The notes under the pieces are model-generated. The model did no database searches. It saw nothing but the letters and a program-made list of their open reading frames with translations, and had not been told where the DNA came from. This document shows, one piece after another, positions 46,876-62,200 of a stretch of DNA of 64,000 nt. The DNA lies in the NCBI RefSeq assembly GCF_009914755.1, contig NC_060934.1, one strand, 5' to 3'. Source of the stretch: the human T2T-CHM13v2.0 reference genome, Homo sapiens. Both the position numbers and the translations under genes were made by a program. Numbering within the stretch: the stretch's first letter is position 1; each line of letters begins with the position of its first letter.

Positions 46876-46959
46876 ATAGACCTCAGATTTGGAGGGTCTT
46901 ATTCCCATAGACCTCAGATTTGGAGGGTCTTATTCCCATAGACCTCAGATTTGGAGGGT
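46876..46959. repeat. Perfect 31-bp tandem repeat, 2.7 copies
   Basis: atagacctcagatttggagggtcttattccc at 46876 and 46907, and a partial copy at 46938. Confidence 0.97.
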
Positions 46960-48750
46960 AAGAGATGATGAGAAGATACTCCTGGGGTCACGTGTTCCTT
47001 AGGTTCTCATCACTTTAGTCCTTCTGAGGCCACACAAAGGAATGCCTCAATAGTCTTCAATAGTCATGAGTCTGATTGATTAATAGCTAGTTTTGGGAGA
47101 AGGCCCTGATCATAGTAAGAAAGATGAACAGCGAGTAGTTTTAGACAGCGAGTAGATAATAGCTATAGAACAAGTAGAGAGGATTTTATAAGATATTAGA
47201 TCCTAGAAGTAGATTGCATGGTCAGGATGAGGATAGACAGCTTGGGGAACATGCTAACCCAACTAGTAAGGTGACTATAGCTGAGCTGAACTAAGCAGAG
47301 CTGAGTTGAGGCAAGGTCAAATACCTTGAAGGCAAACTGCAGGATCTGGGATAGGCAGCTCAAGGCCAGGCCAAAGCTAAGAAGATTCTAAAAACCTGCA
47401 GCATACCTGGGGCCACTTAAACACAGAAATTGAAATGAATACATGCTGCCCAGGAGCACAGCAGACCAGGAGGGGGAAAGTCTGGGGGGATGGGCCCCAG
47501 GATCAAGAGAGGAACTGGAAGAGAGAAATGCCATTTAGGATTTACGTCTTCCAGAAGAGAGGCAGTGCCACCATGCCACACAAAGGCAGATCCTCAGGAA
47601 GCCTTTTTGACAAAAGGGGAGGAAAAGCAGTGACCCAAGAGAAAGATGTCAGGGTCACATGACACTTTCTGGAGGTATCTATACAACCAGGCGCCACAAG
47701 CCGCATGCCTTGCCTCACACCACCATATGATCCATTGGATTTCATCATATCTGTTCTCAGCAGCAGGGTCGATGTTTAAATAGAAGCTCTCAAAAACAAC
47801 TGATCTTCTGAAACAAGCCTGACTTACCTGGGTGATGGGAAAGACAAACTCCCAAAAAACCACGACTTCAGCTGGGTTAAGTTTGTTCCTTCTTCATGCT
47901 CTTTAGTCTAAGAGCTACCCTAATGAGGCCAACTGACAGATCTAGCCCAGGATTTTAGAAGGTATCTAGAATTACCCTTGCTTAATTATCTAGTTGCTAA
48001 GATGCCCTCAGGTAGGGTGAGGGTCTGGTTTCTGGCAGAGCTTTAGATCCTATCTGAGGTCTTTGTATAACAGATATCTGGCTTGAGACAAGTCAGACTC
48101 TTGGTTTTTTTCTTTAAATCCCCTCCCAAGGACTAATTCCAGCTCTGGTCCCTGGGAAGGAGAGGCTTAGAAGAAGATCCCTGAATTTTTAAATCTAAGT
48201 GACCCCAATCCACCAGAATCCGAATGCTGCCCCTCATCTTGGTGCATCCTGCAGTCCTGCCTCAGTCGAGAGGTGAGAATGATAGGGAAGCAGTTCAGTT
48301 CTATCAACCCCTCTGGGAAGCCTGGCAGGAACCAGCCTCCATGGCTTAGTGGTTTCTTAGTATCTCCTAAACTCCAACTCAGGTTGCATCCAGACAGCAG
48401 TCTGGGATGTCTGAGCCACCTTCTGTGAAAACATGAGCCCCGCTCAAGCTGCAGGAACTCTGTAGCCAAGCAGATCCTAGCTCTGTGGGGGATGCCCTTG
48501 GACATACCCCATACCACTATCTAGGGTTATGTGTCACCCGACCTAGGAAAGTCAAGCCAAATGAGTTACAGAATAACCACCATGGACCAGAGTTAGACTG
48601 AGACTGGATGGTCAACTCACCTGAGCCCACTGCCTTAATATGGTAGTCCCTAAACAAGAGGCCTAACATTTATTGCTGTACCTATGAGTTCAACTCTAGG
48701 TTACAGTTAGACTTAGCAGACCTTGGGCTTTAAGTTGAAGGTGATTATAG

Positions 48751-49160
48751 TGTTGTGGGTTGAATCAGGTCCCTCTAAACAGATTGAGGCCTTAAACCCA
48801 CCATACCTTAGAATATTACCTTGTTTGAAGATGAGGTCTTTACAGAGGTAAAGTTAAAGGAAGTCATTATGGTAGGCTCTAGTCTCATATGAAGGATATC
48901 CTCCTTAGAGATTTGGGCAGACATACATGGAGGATGCCGTGTGAAGGTAAGGACAGATGGAGTGACGCTTCAAGCTAAGGAAGCTCAGATGGCCAGCAAG
49001 CCACCTGAAGCTAGGTAAGAGCTGCAGAATATGCCTTCACATTCTTGGGAGGAAGCAGCCCCACTAACACCTTGATATCAGACTAACTTCCTGAATCAAG
49101 ACAGACTTCTGTTTGAGGCACTTAGTTTATGCTACTTCATGGCAGCCCTAGCAAATTTGC
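48751..49160 (+). mobile_element. MLT1B/C-like MaLR solo LTR, deletion-eroded
   Basis: tgttgtgggttgaat, ggtctttacagaggtaa, gccagcaagccacctgaagctagg, aacaccttgat and ggcagccctagcaaa. Confidence 0.8.
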
Positions 49161-51487
49161 ATGCAGAAGAGAATGACTCAACAGGAAGAGAGCCCCTGTC
49201 ATGCTCAGCCAGGAGAACTATGGCAAAGGCAACTCTGTTTATACCTATCCCTCTCAGCAGGGCACTGGCCAGACTCCTGGGCATCAAATGACAGAGAAGC
49301 CAGACACGAACCTGACTGAGTCGTTTCTGATAGACGCCAAGAGCCTGTTCTATAAGTAACTTAAATGGAGCCTGGATTCTAAGAAAACGAACTCCTTAAA
49401 GTCAAAGGTCAAAGAAACAGTCTTCTCAGGACCCAGGAGAAACTTCCCTGAAAGAGGTCCTGTGTTCAACCAAGCAAGAATCAGAGCATAAGCCGTGTCC
49501 TGATGCCAGTGGCTGCAGGTGCCATTGCTCTTCTCCAGAAATCCCAGGGATGAGTTCCCAGGAAGGAGAGAGAGGGGACAGGTCTTAGACCAGGAAAGGA
49601 TTTCTACACGCAGAACGGAACACGGGCCCAGTGCATGAGTAGCAGGAACGTCTAGGACATCCTGCTATAGCTGCTGGCAGTGGGAAAAGTAACATCCTCA
49701 GCACGGAGAAGATGGTCCTATCTGGTCTTGGAAAGACCTAGAACTGGGCTCTACATATGAGCTTGGATCCAAGGACAGACTGGAGAAGGTACTAGCTTGA
49801 CTTCTTATGTGCCACCCTTAGTTTCTCACTCAGACTTTTCTGCCTGGGACCTACATGATAGCAGCTGGCTTCAGGGCCTCTAACTGCCAAGTCCTGACTG
49901 TTCTCTAGTCCTCCAGTGCAGGGATGGCCCCCCAAGAGGCTTCCAAGGCTGTCCATCTGACCATGTACAATCATTAGAAAAGAAAGTAGGTAGAAGAGAG
50001 GGATGAGAGTCTAACCTATATACAGAGGGGTCGCCAAGGTGTAGTATGGGACCAGAGGCTATCAGAGACCTTCATTCTGGGATCTTAAGCCTCTAGAGTA
50101 GCCCAAAGCCCATTCTCAGCTGAGAGCCCAGCCATACAGGTGGATGTGGCAAGAGAGCCAAGCATCATGCCCAATATTGACACTCGTTAAGACCCAGATA
50201 TCCTTGTATGTATGGTAAGACACCTCACTATCAAAACTTCATGCCCAAAGACAAGAGGTGTCAGATCAGAAGACCTCACTGGAGAACAGACAGGAGATCC
50301 TGGACATAGCAAGGAGGCTACAAACTGCTTTCATTATCATTTCAGCTGCCACTATAATTCTGTTGCCTAGTTGATGGGAATGGCCATCCCGAGCAGAAGG
50401 GGTAATAGGCCATCAATCGGGAAAGGCTTCTGAAGATGATGCTTCAGACAGGATCAAGTCGAGGATCCAGGGTGTGATCAGTAAGACTGCCAGAATCTGT
50501 CTGCAGCCCCTGGATAGAATACTACTTCTTAATAAGAGAAAGGTTAAAAAAAAAAAATAGCCCTACCAGGTCCTAGGAAACTTTGCAAGCAAGCCCAGCA
50601 TGGCATTAGATCTAACCATAAACTATATAAGAGCCCAACATGACTTATACCTATAGCCCGAGGACTATAGGTATCCAGGATGGAGACCCTAAGCATAGAC
50701 TGCAGACTCATGTTTGTCTTAAGGCTTACTGTACTGGGTTTCCCACACGACCAGCCTCCGCCAGACATGCTTAGAGCCAAATCCCAGCGTTATTCAGCAC
50801 GATGGAGGCCTATAGCCAGCTAGTTTCCCAGGTCACACTTCCAATCATGAATAGTGATAGACCCCAGCAAAGGGGAACCAAACAGATCCCAGGGATAATT
50901 ATGGCTACCTAAGAGTAAAGCAGAGGTCAGAAGTTGTTCCTGCCCAAAGGCTCTGGTCAGAGGAAATGGTGAGGGACGTTGCCCTCAAGCAGATGCAGTT
51001 AAGGGTTTTTAGGACAGACCAAGGTCCAGACAGGAGAGATGTTAAGAGGAAGACCATTACTATATCACATGCCAGAAAAGCGTTCCAAGTTAGTCTATGA
51101 GCAGCACTACCAGCCCACACAGGTAAAGTAGGAAAACTCATCTTACTGCCAGACTCCAGATACAAAAGCTTCAGTTTATCTATAGTGTAGACATCAGTGC
51201 CAGTGGAGACATGTCCAGAAACAGACCCAATGAGGTGAATACTTTGACTGATGGCACTTGGCCCATACTTGGGCCAGTCACCAGCCTTTAACCTGACCTA
51301 GTACCATGGGATGTGGCCACTAAACCAGCTACTATATACTATATATTTAAGAACAATGAGCAGTCCCATTAGAGAGAGGGAACAGGAACAAAGGGATAGA
51401 AGAATCCAGGAGAAAAGATCCTATGACCAGCAACAAGCCTAGCAAGGAGCCAAGGAGTAAGAACAAGGAAACCCTGGGGTTACCCAG

Positions 51488-54030
<2,543 letters not shown>

Positions 54031-54169
54031 ATAAGTTGTCTGTACTCCATATTCATTACTTTACATAGTCAAGCTTGCTTTTACTATTAACAGCTAAGGA
54101 CACCAAGTTACCAGTTATTTGGTTCCTGAAAATGGGACAGATGCTATTCTATGTTTGCCTTACTAAGCC

Positions 54170-54830
54170 CTTCAAGGATTGACTCTTGAAGCTTCCACTT
54201 TTGATTGCTTTATCACTGCAATCTCTTGCTTCTCAGTCCCCTTTTGCCTATGTTTCTGCCCAGCCATTAATTGTTAGGGCACTTCAGGTTACCCCATTGT
54301 CACACAGGCAGTTATTATAGTTATTTGATAGCTGTATCTTTCCTAGCCAGTGGATCCCAGGTCTATTTTCCTGGCACTGGTCTTGTTCTCGGGAGCTCCA
54401 AGTTCATTCTCCTAATTACCTGTTTGATGTTTATATCATAAGCAGTGCAGACTAAGCTTACCCAAGGCCGGATAATTTTTCCCATGAATCCCAACTGATA
54501 CTCTTCTAATGTTCTCTAACTCACATAACAATGCATTTGTGTACTTAGTTGGTGACTGCCAGATACTTAGGCTTATTTGTTCCTTTTCTCCATGACCTGG
54601 TTACCAAGTCCTGTCATTTCTACCAAAGTCTTAAACTCATGTACGGTCTAGTCTCCATTGTTAATCACCATTTTTGGTTAACTGGTTTCTTAACTTGTGT
54701 TTACCCCTACAATGTTTTTTTTTTTTTTCCCCCAACTAGAGCAACCTTCAAGAAGTCTGACATCTACTTGTTTAAATAGCTATGTAGTTCTAACATGGCC
54801 TTAAGACTTAGGATCTCTAGATCCTAACAC
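54170..54830 (+). mobile_element. L2 remnant
   Basis: Pyrimidine-rich L2 motifs gagctccaagttcatt, ttaccaagtcctgtcatttctacc and aagaagtctgacat..tgtttaaa. Confidence 0.55.
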
Positions 54831-57800
54831 CTAGATCTCTTAAGCAGAACATGCTATTGTAAGTTTATCTGGCTTCCAAGAATTATTGCCAGAGTAGCAC
54901 CATAGAACTTGCCCACCAGAGGAGCTGATACCTTTGTCATGACTTAGGATATGGGGAAGCAGGAAGCCATTGCCACAACTTCCTCGACTCCAAAGCTAGT
55001 GCTGAATAGTAGAACATCTCTGCAAACAGGAGACCATCCCCATTACTGGCTTGCCATTAGATGGTAGCTTCAAGCTCATCTAGTTGGCAGAATCTAATTG
55101 CATCTAATCTTACCTATAAGAATGTAGGAAGATAAATCTGGAAAATAAGTCTTCCATCAGTACGGGAAGGTGGCATGGTCAACAAGGAAGGTGATTTACC
55201 ATACTTACTATGTGGTCTGACATTGTCCCTATTTGCATTTTAGCTTTACTTGTGCTTCTTGTAAGATTCTAGTTTATACGGCTGCCACCACTACTCCCAA
55301 CATAGGCACGCCTAGAATCTTTATACCTGAGATAAAAGTTAGATTGGCTTTTGAACTCTCAAAGTCAGTGACTGGACCAGCCTGGAAGATTGGATGTAGG
55401 GGTGTCTGAGACTTCCCAAATATCCTTAATACTTACCAGCAAGACTAGGTCAAAGACCAGAGTGTCCTATTATATTTAGACTGGTCTTTTAGATCCTAGC
55501 AGTCCAATAGTTGTTCCATGGCCCAGGATGGTTATGGTTTTGCTACTCTTTGGGGTAGAAGAGCTATCTAAAGACTTCACCCTGATGGTCAGAGATACCC
55601 AGATGCTTTCTAATTATAACAGTTCTGTTTAGAGAACTTCAGCCTGTTTAACAGCAACTGTACCATTTTACATCCTCCCAGTAAAATAAGGGTGTCAGTT
55701 ACCCTATATCTTTGCCAACACTCACTGTCTTATTTGGGGGCTATGCAGTGTGCTCAGATTATGTCAGTCCCTTTGGATCCTTCACAGTACATGTGCCCCT
55801 TGTTTCTGTTCTATCTCTGTCTTTACTGCCTTCTTACCTACTGTGCTCCTGAACCCTCCTCCTAAGGGACAAGTTTAGCTAAATGATTTTATTGCTAACA
55901 TTAAAGAGGATAGTGTATGATCTTATAATACTGGTCTACTAATAAGTTAGGGTTTGGTAGCACTTTCCTGCCTGAAGGGTCTTACAAAAATACATGAAGT
56001 CTTATAGATGAGCATTTGACTACAAATGAGACCTCATTTTTAGGTCTTTGGACACAGTGAAGAATAAACTGTCAACAGATGAACACTTGCAATTGATATT
56101 ATGAGGAACACTAACTGAACTCAAGTAGGTATCTCAACTAGTTCTATTTTTCCTTATTAGACCTATAAGGCAAGTTGTATTCAGTTATGTCTTAGAATTG
56201 GATCAATAGAAGCCTTGAAGTTCCCATAAGTACCTCCATAATATCTGCAATTTTGTCTCTTGTTCACAGTACCTAAGATAGTAACTATCCGGCTGTTTGT
56301 AGTCAAGGCTTGCTGACCTCTATTTTAAGAGGCAGGGAAAGACCTATAAAACTCCCAGCCTGTTCTATTATAGCAGTGTATTTCTTTAAATTTATATTAT
56401 CTAATTTTCTCTTTCTCTAAAGGAAAGTAGTATAAGATCTCACTCAACCTCAGGCAGGCAGGATGTTGTATAGGGTCATATCTTCAAATACAAATCTGGA
56501 TAGTCTGCCTTTGAGTTTAGCTGGTAAGGAACAAAAACTGGACAAAAGCTAATTTAGGCTGGGAGGAGTTGCATGATGCCCAGATATCACACTTACCTGA
56601 TTCAGTGGCCTTCATTTGCTTTTCAAGTGGTCTCTTGTGACTTCTCTAAGCTATTCCTCAAGCACTTCCAAAGTGAAGGAAGGATTCAGTCATTAAACAG
56701 GTTATGGATTACTGCATGTGAACAAGCAGACAGGCAGGGAGGTACCACACCACAGCCCCTGCAGCCTTGGCTCGCTGGAACTGTATCTTAAGTTTACGTG
56801 CTTATTTCAAAGACTTGCCACTACTGGCTAATTACAAGATTAGCTCACTTGAGCTGGCAGAGCAGGTCAAGTGGTGGGAGATATAGGACAGTTTAGTGTA
56901 TTCACTTTCAATCACTAGGTATACCTAGAAGAAAACTAAACTTTCATGGGGCTTGATATTTTGTCTTGATACTTATGGCATGGGTGGTCTGAAGATTGAG
57001 CTCTTTACCTTTCTGCTCACTCTGTAGACTAAAAAGGTTTATAGCCTACTGCATTCATAGAAATTGATTAAAGAATAAGACAGGACGTAAGCCTGTTTTT
57101 ACTATAGGAGACCCAATTTTTTAGACCTTTGGACAGTCTAGTCTCCAACAGTAAGCTTTTTGAAGAGTCAGATCTGTGTGTTCTTTCCTACAGATGGAGT
57201 ACATCCAAGTCCTATATCATGTTATCTCAGAAATCTAACTCTTACACAGGCCTAAGATGCCTAAATAAGTTCCTAAAGCTCAAAGAAAAACATAGCCCAA
57301 AGATGTTTTAGATAAACTAAGTCCATGTTTCTGTGACCTATTTGAAATGGATCATACTTAGAGACAGGCAAACTCTGGAAACATCTGTAAGATACTAGAT
57401 ACAGGTCTCACAGTAAGCAAGAAGATGAGAAGGCCAGCACTCAGCTGGAGCATTTGGGATGTTATAGTCAGAAGCTAATAGAGGATTTTTCCATCCTAAT
57501 ACCTATAAGTTCTAGGGCAAGCTGGAACCATAGTTGAGGCAAATAGCATGCCTACAGAAACTCCTGACTGGCCAAGCAGGAAAGGCAGCCCTCTCACCAG
57601 CTGAACTGAAGCTGAGAAGGTACCTCAGTCACCACTGATCTGAAGGCAGAGCTGGAAGCCCTGTTTCGTTTGACTTGATTATTTCACCCAGCAGTTGCTG
57701 GCATCAAGAATCTGTTTACAATTTAAGGTAGTGTTTGGTTCAAGAACTGTCAAGTTAAATGAAAAGTGAGAAAATAAGACTTCAAGCTCAAGCCTACCCA

Positions 57801-58937
57801 GCTAAATGAAAGCAAGCCATGGCACCCCAACATGCTGGAGGCCCTGTTCTCCCAAGGCCTTTGGATCCCATATAGCACACATCTCCCTGGCCCCTCAGGA
57901 GCCCACATTGTCAGCCTAGGCTGGACTTCTCAAATGGAAGAGTCAGAGCTCAAAAGGCTGGTAGCCAGTCTCTGCTTTGTCCTTAGATCCAAGTCATAGA
58001 AGCCTACAGGTGCTTTGAAAAGGATGCAAGTTCCAATACCTTCAATTGCCTTTGTAGCCGATTGCTAGCTATTGAGCTATGGAGTCCTGCCACTGGCCCA
58101 GTCGTGGGCTTGTCTGGTGAGGGCTGTAGCACAGCAACAAGGTGGGAATTACAGAAGAGCCTTCAGACTGTTAATCCCAAGGGACTTCAAGACACTAGCT
58201 CTAGGTTTCCCAGTATTTACAGAGGGTCTTTTCTCTCACCCTTGTTTTCCTTTGATTGTGGCTTCTAAACCCAGATTTATGGGTTAGAGACATTCTGGTT
58301 CTCCCTGATGGAAAAAAGTGCTACAGATTCTGTTCAAAAGGCTCTGGTTTGAACAGAATCTGACATTTTCCCCCATAGGGAATAAAAACCACATGATGTT
58401 CACATAGAAGCTTGTAAGCCAGGTTTTGCTGCTAAGAGTTAGGATTTCAGAAGCTAGAATGTTCTACTTTTGTATGTGTTTGAAGTTTCCATATGGGGAA
58501 GTTCAGGCTATTAGTTTGACCCTGAGGTTAAGAAATCCTTCAACACTAAAGTCATGAGACAAGGGAATAAAAAGATAGAACAAGGGTTTAGGTCTGCTCC
58601 CTTCTGGTCATATCAGAATTTGATTGGAAGATAAGTCAGATAACACGGAAGGCAGGCAGTATCTAGAAGATGTAGGGAATACCTACAAAGTGAGATTAAA
58701 ATGCCAGTAATATTAAGTATATTAACAGGTAGCTCAGAAAAGAGAGACAAGTGACTTACAAGTGAAATATGTTGTTCTACTAATCAGAACTACAGGTTTG
58801 TGGTCATGATTTAACCTATCAAGTTAGGAAGTCTAGGTTCTAGTGGAGTTGTGGAAGAAATACGAACACCTTCAGCTTGGAGTTGTGCTTAGTGACCTTG
58901 AGTATGCCTGTGCCCCAGTGATCCCATGGAGAGGTAG

Positions 58938-59241
<304 letters not shown>

Positions 59242-59629
59242 CATAGGAGACAGGATGTCAGCTCTTCACACTATAGCCAGACAAGCACATGTATCTGCAC
59301 CAAATGGCACGCTGTGCCATAAGTGGTTGCCTAGACTTATATAGCAACAATGTGGCTAAGTCTCAGAAGCGCTTAACTAGAAGTGATAGGTATGTGCCAT
59401 TTACAAAGATGAGCACACTAACAACCAACCACTCCCCAGTATAAGCATGGCAGAACACAATGCTCGAGGGAACAGGGTGAATGGGGATGGAAGATGTTGG
59501 GAAAAAGGAAAGGCAGTATCAGAAGGGCCCTGTTACAGTCAGTCATTTTGCTATGTCCTAGACAGATTCTTCGAGGTTTTCACATTCTACTACTGCAGGG
59601 TACAGGTCAGGAAGCATATTGAACACTGA

Positions 59630-59992
59630 TAGGCTTCTAGATCCTTCCTCAGGAGTAGGGCTTACCCCAGCCACCAGTATAAAGTTCTAGTATCACCCTT
59701 GGGAATTGCCTTAGAGGAGAGCCACCATACCCATAATTATAGAAGGATCCACATGACATTAGAAAGGCCTAATCCTTTTGCCCCGAGTTGGAACAGCTCT
59801 GAAGATGGGTGCTGTACTTTCAGAGCACTCCAGTGAGGTGGCTGAGGCTTCAGTTGAGACCACATCCCAAGTCAGCTTCCCTGCCCAGTCCTGCATCACT
59901 TTTCTTCAATAGGCATTAGTCCCAAGAACATGTCCTAATAAATCTTCACGTTGATCTCCATCTGAGTCTGCTTGCTAGGGAACTCAACCCAC
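59630..59992 (+). mobile_element. LTR16-like ERVL solo LTR
   Basis: ggaacagctctgaag, gctgaggcttcagttgagac, ctgcccagtcctgc, AATAAA at about 59937, and ctccatctgagtctgctt..gggaactcaacc. Confidence 0.7.
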
Positions 59993-61149
59993 AGCAGGTA
60001 GATTGGAACCCAGCCATGCCACCTCAGCCTTGTAAGAGCAGGGAAAGCTTCACCTTTAGTCCAGAGGACTCTTCCTAGCAGAGATTTTATCGCTCCCCAC
60101 CACCCCACAACCCATGAGCTTCTAGTACCCCCTAGGAACAATCGAATGGGGCAGCAATCCCTGACTGCTCCAAGGTATTAGGGAGAGATCTCAGCAGTCC
60201 TGTTGCTAGGGTAGCCTGTGACCAAACCTGACCAGCCCTTTTCATTGAACCTGGAGGAAAACCCACTGAGGCTCAGATCCCAAGCTTTATAGACCCAGGC
60301 CCAGCTTTCTAGGACCACAGTCTCTAAAATTGGTTGTCTGGTATTTGAGGTTCTCATGATGGCCATACATTCCTGACATTCCTATAGGAGTCAAGAATAA
60401 TTGAATAATATAATAAAAATAATAAAAGAATAAAACTAAATTTAAAAATTTACTTTTAATGAAATAGATTCATCTAGACCATACCAGTTGGACCCTAGAA
60501 TCCAGAATCTCAAAGCGAATCCACGTATGGCATGAGCAAGAGATGGCCACATACCTATTTATAACTTCACCTGCTGTCAAACAAGTCACCAAGTACTTGA
60601 AGTTGGTTTGATGTCATGTTGCTTGGTGCCTCACCCAGAGCACAGGAAGAGGTGGGATCAGCAGGGAACACCAGATCCTCTGAAGACACTAAGCTGAGGA
60701 GGCCAACTCCATCCAATCTAGAAACCATTCTTCCCTTCACTGACCTGGGAGGTTCCGATCCCAGATTTAAAATCATAGGTAGAAGAACCCTATCCAAAGG
60801 GCTCGGGATGTTTGACACGGACAGCGACAGTATCTGATCATCTTAGCTTGGGTTTCCTGGCATGGAACCTCTACTTCATGAGTGAGCCAAGTGAGCACGA
60901 TCATGGCCCCAGTATTGTCAGCATGCTACACCCAAGACTGGGCCTGTCTTACGCCACAGGTTAGGTGGGAGGCAAGAACACCTCTTGCTGCACTAGCTTC
61001 TGCAACAAGCCTACAGGTGACTAAGCTATGAGTTTGTCTCAGACTTCAAAGGAAGGCCCCCCCACCAACTCCCAAGAGGCCCAAAGTCACAGCCTAGACA
61101 GCTGACAGTCCTTCTGCTATATGAGGCCTAAGTAGTTCATGGTGGGAAA

Positions 61150-62200
61150 CACTGCAGGCATGTTCTGTGACCAGCTGAACAGAGAAAGGCTTAGATGGAA
61201 ACTAGCCCCAATGTGCTGAGAGCTTTGAGGTCACTCCTCTCCCAACAACACTGAACAAGCAATTTCTCTTAAGAGTGTGGTCATAGGACATACTGTCACC
61301 CAGAAATTGAGACAGGCAAATATGTGGACTTTCAACCAAGATTAACTTCTGCAGAAGCTGCTGAAGCCAGTAGCTTACAAAAGACACTTGAATGGTAACT
61401 GAGAGGTTGCTGGAGGTGGGGTTTCTGAACCAGCTTGAGTGAGGAACTCCAGGGACCATAATGGTAGAAGGCTTATAGATTTGTGGGTTCTACCTCCAGG
61501 AGCCCTATCAGGTTCTTATGGTGAGGGTTAGAGGAAAACCCTATTTCAGACCTTCAGGGTTGTAGGCCAGGATGGGTAGTAAACATTTTAAAGTGTGCTG
61601 AGACCATTCTCCATTATGAAGCCATTTTCTGAGGAAGCCGTATTACTGGAGCCTTCTGCCCTGGGAGAAGCATAGTTAGCTTCAACCCCCTCCAGCCTTC
61701 CTGTTTCACAAGGGAAAGAGGGGGTGGGCACAGGTTTAGAAAACTGTCTTTCCTCCCTTACACCCAACCATCTCAACAGGGCTGTAGTGTACCAGCGGAT
61801 TACAAGTGAGCCCCAAGATACAGATCCTACTTAAGGGGTTCCTAGGAAGATTCAGACAGGACAGAGGAAGCTAGTCTCTTGCCCCTACAGCTAACATATT
61901 TAACCCAGCTCATTGAATGCTACAGCATATGCTAAGAGACATGAGAAAAGCATTATAAGACTCAGGACAGATCTTGAAATTATCAGATAAGGAATTTAAG
62001 ACAGGCAACATACAAGGGCAGATGGACAATATAAACAGATGGAAGCTGTAAGAAAGGACTGAAGAAATGCTAGAAGTCAGATTCTTAGACTGAAAATGCT
62101 TTTGATGGGATCAGTAGACTGGACACCTCCAAGGGAAGAATTAGTGAGCTTGAAACTACTGCAGTAGAAGATTCCCAAAGTAAAGGGCACAGAGAAATTA
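61150..62200 (+). mobile_element. Old L1M 5'UTR/ORF1 remnant
   Basis: ttgaaattatcagataaggaatttaaga and gaaaatgcttttgatggga..agtagactggacac..gaagaattagtgagcttgaa are ORF1 motifs. Confidence 0.65.

Noticed and set aside
46876-46959. CRISPR-like 31-bp repeats
   Set aside because: No unique spacers and a eukaryotic context; a simple tandem duplication.
47278-47312. GAGCT/GAACT pentamers resembling an immunoglobulin switch region
   Set aside because: Only about 6 degenerate units; switch regions span kilobases.
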